The notes beneath the pieces are model-generated. The model made no database searches. It had not been told where the DNA came from and saw only the letters and a program-made list of their open reading frames with translations. Below are positions 27,603-36,566 of a stretch of DNA of 64,000 nt, piece after piece (within the stretch, counting starts at the first letter, position 1; each line of letters begins with the position of its first letter). The DNA comes from a virus. The translations under genes were made by a program, and so were the position numbers. The stretch lies in the IMG/VR virus record IMGVR_UViG_3300031949_000004, positions 94,224-158,223 of that record, one strand, 5' to 3'.

Positions 27603-28199
27603 ATGCACTACGGAATGTACGGCGACGAGAACCTTGGCAACCTGCTCGAAGGCGACGACAGCGGCTTCGAGGGTCTCACTGAGATCATCGGCGACGATGA
27701 AGCAGGCGACGACTCGGGCGACGACTCGGGCGCGCAGTTCGTTGGCGACGACCTGATGGGCGCCGCGAAGCGGAAGCAGAAGAGCAACGCTGCCAAGCAG
27801 GCAATGATGCGTCGTCGCGTCGCGGCCGGCGCGCTTCTGCGCACCCTGCCGCCCCGCTCGGCTCGCGAGTTCGTCATCGGTTTGGGCTCGACCGCGATCC
27901 CCGGCCTCTCCTCGGCGAACATCAACGTTCAGCCCCAGGTCATCTTCCGCCCCGAGCGTATCGTGATCCCGTCGAACATCGCGGCGGACTTCCTCATCAC
28001 GGACGTGAAGGTCGGCAAGAACAGCCAGCTCGTCAGCCCCGGCGCCATCCCGGCCGTCGTGTTCGTCGAGAACGCGTTCGGCGTCCGTCTGAAGATGGAC
28101 ACCGCGCAGATCGCTCAGTTCATCACGGTCTCCGTGACAAACCAGAACGGCGCAGCCCGCAACTTCCAGGGCGCGATCATCGGCCCGGCGGTCGAGTAG
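27603..28199 (+). CDS. putative virion structural protein (acidic DDSGDDSG N-terminus)
   Basis: 198 aa, followed by a strong GC hairpin. Its C-terminal domain is shared with 25318-26208. Confidence 0.5.
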   Translation: MHYGMYGDENLGNLLEGDDSGFEGLTEIIGDDEAGDDSGDDSGAQFVGDDLMGAAKRKQKSNAAKQAMMRRRVAAGALLRTLPPRSAREFVIGLGSTAIPGLSSANINVQPQVIFRPERIVIPSNIAADFLITDVKVGKNSQLVSPGAIPAVVFVENAFGVRLKMDTAQIAQFITVSVTNQNGAARNFQGAIIGPAVE

Positions 28200-28214
28200 T
28201 AGATCCCCGCAGCT

Positions 28215-28250
28215 AGGGAGCGGAGGCGTGATGAGCGCCTCCGCTCTCCG
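28215..28250 (+). terminator. GC-rich hairpin (11-bp perfect stem), terminator-like, no T-tract
   Basis: gagcggaggcg-tgatgag-cgcctccgctc. Confidence 0.4.
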
Positions 28251-28283
28251 GTAGCGGATCTACCTTCACGAGGAAGCTCGACC

Positions 28284-28667
28284 ATGTTGGATCAAGCAAA
28301 GCTAGCAGTCGTCGCCTACGGAGAGGTCTCGGGAGCCGACGGCTCTTCGACCCTCACCAACAGCGGCGTTTACACCACGCGACTCGGCACAGGCGTTTTC
28401 CGGATCGACCTGTCGAAGAACCCGGACGGCTCGGCCAACCAGCAAGAGCTGACCCAGTTCTCCGACCGCGACCTGATCATCGTCACGGCCATCAACAAGT
28501 CCACCAATCTGTGGCCGTATGCCAGTGCCAGCAATGTCACGGGCAGCAACGGCTCGCTGAAAGAAATTCACACGAGCCAGGCTGGTTCCAGCACAGGCGT
28601 CGATGCGGACTTCAGCTACATCATCTACCGCACCCTGACCCCGCCCGTCGTTGGCGGTCCCGCCTAG
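28284..28667 (+). CDS. small beta-type protein, MLDQAKLAVVAY family, copy 1
   Basis: Conserved N-terminus and C-terminus (IIYRTLTPP..GGPA) with a variable middle. Followed by the hairpin at 28683-28717. Confidence 0.5.
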   Translation: MLDQAKLAVVAYGEVSGADGSSTLTNSGVYTTRLGTGVFRIDLSKNPDGSANQQELTQFSDRDLIIVTAINKSTNLWPYASASNVTGSNGSLKEIHTSQAGSSTGVDADFSYIIYRTLTPPVVGGPA

Positions 28668-28738
28668 CCAGGCATAGATGATTCCGGGGAGCGGAGTTCT
28701 CAAATCCTCTCCCCGGAACACTTGCACAAGGAAACACC

Positions 28739-29143
28739 ATGTTGGATCAAGCAAAGCTTGCGGTCGTGGCCTATGCGGAAGTCGTTGGCAGCAACGGTAC
28801 CTCAACGCTCACGAACAGCGGTGTCTATACAACGAGGATTTCTTCCGGTCTCTACCAGATCGATCTGTCGAAAAACCCCGACGGTACGCCCAGTCAGCAA
28901 GATCTGAAGCAGTTCTCCGACCGCGATCTGATCGTGGTCACGCCGAATCCCACGACACAAGACATGCAAAGCAACTTCTTCGTCTACGCTTGCGCGAACA
29001 GCGAAACGGGCGGCGCGATCAAGAACGTTGGACTCGGCGCGGTGGTGGACCAGGGAGGCGTTCACTTCTCCGCTGTCGACTGTGATTTCAGCTTCATCAT
29101 CTACCGCACGCTCACCCCGCCCACGTCAAGCGGACCGGCGTAG
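28739..29143 (+). CDS. MLDQAKLAVVAY family, copy 2
   Basis: Same termini as copy 1. The first 20 nt are identical. Confidence 0.5.
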   Translation: MLDQAKLAVVAYAEVVGSNGTSTLTNSGVYTTRISSGLYQIDLSKNPDGTPSQQDLKQFSDRDLIVVTPNPTTQDMQSNFFVYACANSETGGAIKNVGLGAVVDQGGVHFSAVDCDFSFIIYRTLTPPTSSGPA

Positions 29144-29197
29144 TCATCTCGCTAGCTCAGCTAGCACAACCATCAACCATCATCGAGGAGAAAGAAA

Positions 29198-29536
29198 ATG
29201 TTGGATCAAGCAAAGCTGGCAGTCGTAGCCTACGTCGAGGTTTCGGGTGTCGACGGTTCGTCAACCCTCACGAACAGCGGTGTCGTCACGACCAGGCTGG
29301 CCCTGGGAACCTACGCCATCGACCTGCCCGCCGGGCAGTACCAGGCGTCTGACCGCGACCTGATCTTCGTTCAGGTCAAGGGCAGCAACCCGGCCATCTC
29401 GGCGGCCGAGACCGACACCGATCCCCAGCGCAAGCTGGTGTACGTCGGTTCCAGTGCCACGACGGCCACGGACACCGACTTCACCTGCATCATCTACCGG
29501 ACGGTGACTCCGCCGGCACCGGGCGGCCCCGCCTAG
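29198..29536 (+). CDS. MLDQAKLAVVAY family, copy 3
   Basis: Same termini as copy 1. Confidence 0.5.
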   Translation: MLDQAKLAVVAYVEVSGVDGSSTLTNSGVVTTRLALGTYAIDLPAGQYQASDRDLIFVQVKGSNPAISAAETDTDPQRKLVYVGSSATTATDTDFTCIIYRTVTPPAPGGPA

Positions 29537-29591
29537 TCGCAAGACCTTCTGCAACGAGTAGAACCATGTATCGCCCGCGATCGTGCTCGGG

Positions 29592-29649
29592 GTGGGGCAA
29601 CGGTCGCGGGCGTACGCCTTAACAGGTCGCACACTTCGAGTTGCCCCAC
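29592..29649. other. 10-bp perfect inverted repeat GTGGGGCAAC...GTTGCCCCAC (38-nt spacer), with a nested CCCGCGATCG/CGGTCGCGGG hairpin
   Basis: Read directly from the intergenic sequence 29537-29695. Confidence 0.4.
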
Positions 29650-29695
29650 GTAGAAGGTTGAGCCGCGCATGCGTGCTCCCCTCCGAGGCAACCAC

Positions 29696-30058
29696 ATGGC
29701 ATACGATCTCCTACTCCGCCGACTGACACGCGCCAACTGGGCTCGCCGCTCCACGCTCCCGGTTGTCGCGCCCGCTTCTCCGGTCTCGGGCTGGCCCCGG
29801 AAATCCATCTCCTGCGGTGTCGAACGTTCGCCTCGCACAGTGAAGGGCGAGATCGTAAACGGACGTCGCGTATCAATCGTTGGCGGTCCGGATGATCCAC
29901 TTGCCCAGCTCCCGGCAAAGGAGCGCAAGGCCGTAGCCCAGCTCATCGTTCTGCGCAAACGTGCCGACGATGGCAACGCGTCTGCTCAACGGATTGTCGA
30001 GGCCGTGGCCCGGTTGAAGATCTTCGTGTCACCGGCCGGCGAACCCGCGAAGCTCTGA
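29696..30058 (+). CDS. MAYDLL-family protein (basic, AxxGD-type motif)
   Basis: MAYDLLLRRL N-terminus. Paralogue of 30291-30641. Confidence 0.45.
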   Translation: MAYDLLLRRLTRANWARRSTLPVVAPASPVSGWPRKSISCGVERSPRTVKGEIVNGRRVSIVGGPDDPLAQLPAKERKAVAQLIVLRKRADDGNASAQRIVEAVARLKIFVSPAGEPAKL

Positions 30059-30069
30059 AAGGAAATCTC

Positions 30070-30264
30070 ATGGCCATCGACCTTCTCACGGGCAAGCAAA
30101 ACAAAGGCAACTTCGCCCGCTCTTCCTCGATGGGCGCCTACTACTCGCCCGAACGCTCCCTCGCTCCCCAGGTCACCGTCGTCCGGCAATCCTGGTGGCC
30201 AGGACTCATTCCCCTGGCCATCGGTGCCTACGTCGTTACCAAGATCGTCAAGCACACCAAGTAA
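30070..30264 (+). CDS. small membrane protein, MAxDLLxGK family (C-terminal TM)
   Basis: MAIDLLTGKQNKGNFA...WWPGLIPLAIGAYVV. Paralogue of 63093-63563. Confidence 0.4.
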   Translation: MAIDLLTGKQNKGNFARSSSMGAYYSPERSLAPQVTVVRQSWWPGLIPLAIGAYVVTKIVKHTK

Positions 30265-30290
30265 CCCTCATCAAGTCGAAGGAGAATTCC

Positions 30291-30641
30291 ATGGCATACG
30301 ACCTCCTGCTTCGCCGTCGGATCCGACGGAGCTACGCCCGCAAACCCACCGTCACGGTTCGCAGCACCGACAGCCTTGTGCTTACCGAACCTGAGAAAGC
30401 CTGGCTGGCTCGCATCGCGCTCTGCCGTGCGCAAGCCCAAGCGGGCGACAAGCGCGCCGCCAAGGACTGGAAGAAGACAGTCAAGCAGATCGTCGCGACC
30501 CGCCGCAAGGCCGCGCGAGGCGATGTGAAAGCCCAACGCACGGTCGCCGTGCTCGTGCAGTCGGGCATGTTCCCCAGCTCGAAGAAGCTCGCGCCCAAGG
30601 GCACCCGAGTCCTCAAGCCGCTCGTCGCTGGCAAGTGCTAA
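30291..30641 (+). CDS. MAYDLL-family protein (basic)
   Basis: MAYDLLLRRR N-terminus, plus AQAGDKRAAKDW...ARGDVKAQRTVAVL repeats. Confidence 0.45.
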   Translation: MAYDLLLRRRIRRSYARKPTVTVRSTDSLVLTEPEKAWLARIALCRAQAQAGDKRAAKDWKKTVKQIVATRRKAARGDVKAQRTVAVLVQSGMFPSSKKLAPKGTRVLKPLVAGKC

Positions 30642-30677
30642 CAGATCTCAACGTCCTCGACAACCAAGGAGACAATC

Positions 30678-31034
30678 ATGGGTTTCGCAAATTTCGACAA
30701 AGCAGGACTCGCCGTCATCGCCTACGCCATCGTCAACGCCGACGGAACATTTCGCGGCAGTAGCAATGTGACCTTGCTACCCCACGGCGCGGGCACGGGC
30801 AACTACACATTTATTGCCCCCTACGATCTCCAGGGCGTTCAAATCCCCTTGTTCTCGGCTGACGATCTGAGCATCGCCACGCTCATGGACGATGGATCTG
30901 GCGGCAACAGCATGATCCGCGTGAGCAACCTCGGTCCCTATGCCAAAGCAGTGATCGTTGGCGAGGTTGCCGGTCCTCCGGTTGATCGTGCCTTCTCGCT
31001 CTTGATCCTCCGCCAGCTCACCCAACAACCATAG
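30678..31034 (+). CDS. divergent member of the small beta-protein family
   Basis: MGFANFDKAGLAVIAY...LILRQLTQ parallels MLDQAKLAVVAY...IIYRTLTPP. Confidence 0.45.
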   Translation: MGFANFDKAGLAVIAYAIVNADGTFRGSSNVTLLPHGAGTGNYTFIAPYDLQGVQIPLFSADDLSIATLMDDGSGGNSMIRVSNLGPYAKAVIVGEVAGPPVDRAFSLLILRQLTQQP

Positions 31035-31038
31035 CACG

Positions 31039-31608
31039 ATGCCTTCCAGATCTTCCTTCAGCCTGTCGAAAGAAGCTCCGAACGAGCTTGTCGGTGGCTA
31101 TCGGACGGTGTGTGGTGGCGTCGAGCACGACGAAGATCGCCGACTCGAAACCTGGACCATCATTCGGGGGTTCACCGAGGTGGGCGACGTGGAGCTGGAA
31201 CTGGACATCTATGCCGATGTCTGGAACATCGTGGAAGTCAAACGAATCATCGGACTCGGGTCGCCACTGCCCTCACAGGAAGGGAACATTCCACAAGAAG
31301 TCATCGACGACTTGCTTGCCAGGCGAAACGCAACAAAGGAAAAGTTCTACGTGCTCGTGGGCATGTGCCATTACGTCGACTGTTCGGACAAGCCAAGAGA
31401 TCGCCGCGTTCCCGTACAAGCACACTCAGGACGTGGCGCGGTCGAAAACCTTCGCAAACTCGTGAATGAAGAGCGCGCTCGTGACGGTCTTGAATCGGGA
31501 CTCAAGGGCGACGGCGTCTGCGTTCTTGGCAAATCAACACACAAGTACGTCTCGACTGTCTACGCCAATGCACTCGATTGGAAACACCAACCGCTCTACA
31601 ACATTTAG
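31039..31608 (+). CDS. hypothetical protein
   Basis: 189-aa ORF. Confidence 0.45.
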   Translation: MPSRSSFSLSKEAPNELVGGYRTVCGGVEHDEDRRLETWTIIRGFTEVGDVELELDIYADVWNIVEVKRIIGLGSPLPSQEGNIPQEVIDDLLARRNATKEKFYVLVGMCHYVDCSDKPRDRRVPVQAHSGRGAVENLRKLVNEERARDGLESGLKGDGVCVLGKSTHKYVSTVYANALDWKHQPLYNI

Positions 31609-31623
31609 GGAGTAATTACCGAC

Positions 31624-32586
31624 ATGGCAATGCCCAAGATCGAATTCCGGTGTCAGATGTTTCGCGGTGACTGGGATCAGGTCTGGAGCCAGCGACGCAT
31701 GCTCTGGTTGATGGAAGCATTGTGTCGGGTCAATCAGACCCACTTGCAGGAGTTCGAGGCATTTCGCAAGCGCGGTCTCGTCGAGCGCAACTATCCTTCC
31801 GTCTACAAGGCGGGACTCCACTACGAGACCGAAAAGGGCACGGAGATCTGGCCGGACATCCCGTCATTGCTCGGCGGCACCATGGGCAAAGGGATCTACG
31901 ACGGCATCTGGGCCGACTGCGAAGATCTCTCGTGCTACCGGGTCGCCGAGCTGCGTGAGCTGGAATGGCACTACGAGCGCCCGCACCCCAAGACCAAGGG
32001 CAAGGTCGAGAAAGCCGATCCGCGATTTCCCCAAGAACCCCTGGCCATGCAAGCCGCCCAGGAAGGTCGCGACTGGCCGAGCTGGAAGAGGGTCAAAGGA
32101 GGCATCGCCGCCAAACCCTTCGCCAAATGGCGCCGGGGACAGCAAGGCCAATACCATTATCACGCGCTCGTCTACCTGCCCGACGGCAGGCTCGAAGATC
32201 CATCACTCGTCCTCGGCATGGGCAAAGAGCGCGAGTTCGCCGAGAACGACACGGCCGCGAAGCTCAAAGCTGGCACGCTGCCGGTGATCTACCAGTACGC
32301 AAAGAAACCGGAAGTCATGGTCGTGGATCCGGAAAAACCCTCCGGGTACAACGGCGGAGACGCCAGGAAGCTCGACGAGGAGATCTTGAAGCGCCTACGC
32401 CAAGAGGTGCCCATGTCGGGCGATCTGGAAGTCGGCGCCTACCTCGCCAACCCCGTGGGCTCGGCACGAGATCCGGACGAAGTAGATCTGGACGAGCTGT
32501 TCGGCTGGTCGAAGCTCCACAGGCAGTTCATTCCCTACTCCGCCAAGGCAGAACTTCGCCGCTTACTGGGGTACAACAATCGCTAA
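31624..32586 (+). CDS. hypothetical protein
   Basis: 320-aa ORF. Confidence 0.5.
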   Translation: MAMPKIEFRCQMFRGDWDQVWSQRRMLWLMEALCRVNQTHLQEFEAFRKRGLVERNYPSVYKAGLHYETEKGTEIWPDIPSLLGGTMGKGIYDGIWADCEDLSCYRVAELRELEWHYERPHPKTKGKVEKADPRFPQEPLAMQAAQEGRDWPSWKRVKGGIAAKPFAKWRRGQQGQYHYHALVYLPDGRLEDPSLVLGMGKEREFAENDTAAKLKAGTLPVIYQYAKKPEVMVVDPEKPSGYNGGDARKLDEEILKRLRQEVPMSGDLEVGAYLANPVGSARDPDEVDLDELFGWSKLHRQFIPYSAKAELRRLLGYNNR

Positions 32587-32646
32587 CAGCATTCAGTCGT
32601 TCGCCATTCACGAATTTCTCAGCCCTACACACGTCGATGTCACAAC

Positions 32647-32859
32647 ATGCCCACCAAAGTTTTCTACGCCTTCTTCGTACGGGATGTGGGAGGATCTTGG
32701 ACACTCAAAGGAATCGACGAAAACAAGGAAGTGGTGATCTGCATGTTGGAAAAGTGGAAACGCGCCCAGGGTTGTGAGCACATCGAAGTGCTGGAGCTAC
32801 CCGGCGGCCGAATGGTCTACGAATGGACGGCCGAGGCGCCGCAAAGGAGCGAACCATGA
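32647..32859 (+). CDS. hypothetical protein
   Basis: 70-aa ORF. Confidence 0.35.
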   Translation: MPTKVFYAFFVRDVGGSWTLKGIDENKEVVICMLEKWKRAQGCEHIEVLELPGGRMVYEWTAEAPQRSEP

Positions 32860-34823
32860 CCATTGACATCACGAACCCTGGCGTCGTCGAAATCGCCAAT
32901 CAAGGCTATCCCCGGGCGCCGGATGGCGGCTCCCCAGCCCCGACCAACGACAACGTGCGTGTGGCCGACCAAGCCACGCCACCCGCACCGCTCGACAGCG
33001 TGTTCTCGACCAATCCTCCGCCTCCCCTGCAACCGACGCTACCAGCCAACCAGGGTAATCCCCTCGGTCTCCCGACGAACCTGACCGTCCCTGCCGAAAA
33101 CCCGGTACTCGCGGGCGTGGTCAACGATGTTTGCAGCCTCAAGCTGTTCCTTGATGGCTGTACCTTCGCGGCCCTCACCGCCGGCAACATCACCATCACG
33201 ATCATCCTCGATAGCGGCACGCGCTTCACGTTCACGCAAACACTAAGCAATCTTCAGGTATTGGGTGGCACCGATCAGGCCACGCTGCTCTTCACACCGA
33301 CGCCCGGCAACTTTATCCTCGGCGCCATCATGACCGTCATCGCCCTGCAAGGCCCCGGTTTGCAGGTTCCGACCACGACTGGCAGCGTGCAGCGCGACAC
33401 CCTGAGCAGTCAGGACGGCGAAATCGTCCCCATCTCCTCGATCGCCACCAGCCAGACGATCACCACGCGTCTCTCCGACACGCTGACCACAGATCTCATG
33501 GAAGACGACACGCCGCCCGCGAATCCGAAAGCCTACCTCGTGTCTCAGGTCGGTTCGATTCAGATCGACGCGGCCGAGGCCATCGTCGACTACACGATTG
33601 GCGTGCTGAGCGCCCTTTGCAACGTCAAGATGACCCTATCGGGTTGCACCTTCGATCTCCTGACGGCTGGCAACCTGGTCATCACGATCTTCTTCAGCGA
33701 CGGAACCAACACCGTCACGACCATCGCGCTTGGAGATCTTCAGGCGCTGGGCGCCGTAGCCACCGGACAGATCCCTTTCGCGCCAACACCTGGCAAAATC
33801 ATCATCGGTGCTCGCATGGTCGTGACCGCGCTCCAGGGGCCGGGACTGCTCATTCCCGGAACGGTAGCCACGGTTCAACGTGTTGGATCGCCCGATGGTG
33901 AATTGATCGACGTAACTCAGATCGCCGTATCCCAGACCGTCGTTGGCGGGACAAGTGGTGTCGTCTCGAATGTTGCCGTCGTAACCGACGATGCCACTGG
34001 ACTTCCCCCCACTGTCAACACGGTCAACTTGAGACTGACGTTCGCAATGACACGCTCTTTCACCGCCAATGGCATTTCACTGGTCGGACGACCGGTAACC
34101 TTCCAAGAGATTGACGTCAATCGTCCAATCTTGATCATGGCCGACTTCTATCTGGTCGTGGCCAACAACGATCCAAATGACGGAGCGGTTGTGCCCCTCG
34201 GCATCGAACCTGGCGCACTCATTTCGTTCGATGTAGCCCGGTATGCGGGCGAACTGATCTTCCAGGTGGATCCATTCGCCACTCAGAACGTTGGCGCGGG
34301 AACACCAATCGAATTGCCCGGCACACAGCCGCAGGTTGGCATCTACGCCGAAACCATGACTGCCAAGATCGATCTCGTTGGTTGCAATTTCAACGCGCTC
34401 ACGAACGGTAACCTGGCCGTGAGCTTGACACTTGCCAATGGCACCTTCCACTACACATCTTTCAACCATGCTGCGCTTGTTGCCCTGGGCAATCGAGCAA
34501 GTGCCTTGATCTCCCTTCCTTTCGCGCAGGGCGATCCACCGCCGTTCGTTGCTCCCAACGATATCGTGCTCACGGCCTACGTCATGATCGGTGTCGGTGT
34601 CACCGGCCCCGGTCTTGTTGCCGCCACGATTGTCGTACAACGCGTCGGTCGCCCGATGGGGGAAATCATACCGACTTGTTCAATCCTCACCATGAACATT
34701 TTCACGCACAGATTCAATACACCGGGAACACAGCCCGGTGTCACCATCGGTGGAGCTTCTCGCGATGTCAACGTGGCTGACCAGATATCGACCATCGGCA
34801 CGCCCCTCAACGTCCTTCCATGA
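32856..34823 (+). CDS. fibre/host-recognition-like structural protein with three internal ~150-aa repeats
   Basis: ATGA overlap. The repeated module L.GC.F.ALT.GN..I.I...DGT....T...L..LG........F.PTPG....GA.M.V.ALQGPGL..P.T...VQR occurs three times. The N-terminus carries an IANQGYP motif. Confidence 0.6.
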   Translation: MTIDITNPGVVEIANQGYPRAPDGGSPAPTNDNVRVADQATPPAPLDSVFSTNPPPPLQPTLPANQGNPLGLPTNLTVPAENPVLAGVVNDVCSLKLFLDGCTFAALTAGNITITIILDSGTRFTFTQTLSNLQVLGGTDQATLLFTPTPGNFILGAIMTVIALQGPGLQVPTTTGSVQRDTLSSQDGEIVPISSIATSQTITTRLSDTLTTDLMEDDTPPANPKAYLVSQVGSIQIDAAEAIVDYTIGVLSALCNVKMTLSGCTFDLLTAGNLVITIFFSDGTNTVTTIALGDLQALGAVATGQIPFAPTPGKIIIGARMVVTALQGPGLLIPGTVATVQRVGSPDGELIDVTQIAVSQTVVGGTSGVVSNVAVVTDDATGLPPTVNTVNLRLTFAMTRSFTANGISLVGRPVTFQEIDVNRPILIMADFYLVVANNDPNDGAVVPLGIEPGALISFDVARYAGELIFQVDPFATQNVGAGTPIELPGTQPQVGIYAETMTAKIDLVGCNFNALTNGNLAVSLTLANGTFHYTSFNHAALVALGNRASALISLPFAQGDPPPFVAPNDIVLTAYVMIGVGVTGPGLVAATIVVQRVGRPMGEIIPTCSILTMNIFTHRFNTPGTQPGVTIGGASRDVNVADQISTIGTPLNVLP

Positions 34824-34832
34824 GGTAATCAC

Positions 34833-35897
34833 ATGGCCATTCTCACAGTTCCAGTCGTAGTACCCGTAGCGGGCGATGGCCCGATCGCCAGTATCGCCGC
34901 GCTCATCAACGCCAAGACCGTGACCTTCGCGGGTAGGTTCACGGGCTCGTACACGTTGCTCGGCAGCCACAACGATGTGGATTTCGTGCCCGTGCTACTG
35001 TTTGACGCCGACGGTATCGAAGGCATCGAACAGATCTTGCAAGGCTCGTTCAAGTCGGTGCGCTTGCGCGCCAATGGCGCCGTGATCGGCAGTCCGCTTT
35101 CCTGTGAGGTATCTGCCGTGGCAGTGCCGGGACAAAACCTGTTCGCCACAGTCGCAAGCCTTATAGCAGGAGCCTCAGGACCGACACCCTCAATCGATAC
35201 GGCCGCGCTCTTTCCACCCACGGGCCTCGAAGTCGGCATCAACTTCGCTTGCTCCGGCTACTTCGCGGGCGCCATCGTGGTCGAAGGCAGCCCCGACAAC
35301 GCCGACTGGAATCCTATCTGCACGTTCAGCGCAGGACAACCCGGCTCCCGTCCCCTCGTGGGCCTGCAACCCAAGCTGGAGTTTTCGCCAATCTGCACGC
35401 TCGACAAGGTTCGCTACCTGCGCGTAAACGTGGCCGGCCAAATCACAGCCGCGACAGTCATTACCGTGGGTGGCGGCATCCCGGCAAGCGGGGGAGCGGG
35501 CGCCACACCCCGACTGTCGTTCACCGACAACGAGGGCATGGCCATGCTGGTCCCGCCCGGTGGTGTCGATCTCGAAGGCATCCTCTACGAATGGGCCGTG
35601 AATCTGAATCTGCTTGGCGGCATCATCACTGCCACCTTGGCCGGTATCATCGCGGTGCAAGGCACGGCGCCCGGCACCTTCAATCTCTACCTCGGCAGCA
35701 CCACACCGGGCGACACGACCGGAGGCACGCTCATCGCCTCTATCTCCACGGCAAGCGGTGCCGAGGTCGTGGTGAGCGCCACGGGCGCCGCCTTCGCCAA
35801 TCCCGGCGGCACCTGCCTTCTCCAGGTCACGGGCGTCGTGGCCGACGTAAACAGCCAGGCGCTCATCCGTGGTGTTTGGGTCGCTTTCGAAGAATGA
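34833..35897 (+). CDS. structural protein (Gly/Ala/Thr-rich, beta-type)
   Basis: 354-aa ORF adjacent to the fibre genes. Confidence 0.5.
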   Translation: MAILTVPVVVPVAGDGPIASIAALINAKTVTFAGRFTGSYTLLGSHNDVDFVPVLLFDADGIEGIEQILQGSFKSVRLRANGAVIGSPLSCEVSAVAVPGQNLFATVASLIAGASGPTPSIDTAALFPPTGLEVGINFACSGYFAGAIVVEGSPDNADWNPICTFSAGQPGSRPLVGLQPKLEFSPICTLDKVRYLRVNVAGQITAATVITVGGGIPASGGAGATPRLSFTDNEGMAMLVPPGGVDLEGILYEWAVNLNLLGGIITATLAGIIAVQGTAPGTFNLYLGSTTPGDTTGGTLIASISTASGAEVVVSATGAAFANPGGTCLLQVTGVVADVNSQALIRGVWVAFEE

Positions 35898-35959
35898 CAA
35901 CTCACATACTTGCTTAGCTTGGAAACTGCATTTACCACCCCCAGCCAAGGACAGCGAAA

Positions 35960-36478
35960 ATGATCAAGTGTACCTATCATGATCTCGCAGGGCTCCGTGA
36001 CCAGACCGTCAACCAAGGTTCTACCCAGATCACCAAGCCCGGTCCCCTGACCAAGCTTGCCCAGGCCGATGAAACCCGCATCCCGCTGCTCATGGATCGC
36101 ATTCGCATCGGTCGCTTCGTCGGCAAGATCGTCGCCGAGATCAAGGAGATGGAAGCCGACGCCATGAAACTGCTGAGCAAGTATGGCAAACAAGAGGAAA
36201 AAAACCCCGCCATATTCAACATTCCGCCCATAAACCGCGAGCTGTTCAACGAGGAGAACAACAAGCTCAATGACACCGAATGTGAGATCACGCTCCTGCC
36301 CTTGCCCGAATCGGTTTACGGCCGCCTACCACTCACGGCCGGTGACCTGATGGCTCTGGAGAAGTTCATCGTCTTGTCACCCGAAATGCAAAAGCTGCTC
36401 GCCGAGATGGAAGACGAGGACGAAGACGAGAACGAAGAAGATGAAGCGGACGTTGGCCAATCCGTCGCAACAGCCTAG
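35960..36478 (+). CDS. hypothetical protein with acidic C-terminal tail (possible fibre chaperone)
   Basis: EDEDEDENEEDE tail. Terminator hairpin follows. Confidence 0.45.
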   Translation: MIKCTYHDLAGLRDQTVNQGSTQITKPGPLTKLAQADETRIPLLMDRIRIGRFVGKIVAEIKEMEADAMKLLSKYGKQEEKNPAIFNIPPINRELFNEENNKLNDTECEITLLPLPESVYGRLPLTAGDLMALEKFIVLSPEMQKLLAEMEDEDEDENEEDEADVGQSVATA

Positions 36479-36489
36479 CAACATCGTTC

Positions 36490-36507
36490 AACCGGAAGCC
36501 CGGTTTT
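36490..36507 (+). terminator. hairpin AACCGG-aagc-CCGGTT followed by TT
   Basis: Read directly from the sequence. Confidence 0.4.
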
Positions 36508-36566
36508 GACCAGCAAAAGCCGGGCTCCAAACACCGATAACTCAATACCGCGACAAGGAGCACACA

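Noticed and set aside
29151-29165. GCTAGCTCAGCTAGC palindrome after paralogue copy 2.
   Set aside because: The stem is only 6 bp and is the self-complementary NheI-site hexamer. That is too short to call a terminator with confidence, so I mention it only as context for the paralogue hairpins.
28284-29536. Diversity-generating retroelement (DGR) hypothesis for the variable-core paralogues.
   Set aside because: No reverse transcriptase ORF and no template repeat near-identical to a variable region was found in the window. The divergence is spread over the whole core rather than being adenine-specific.
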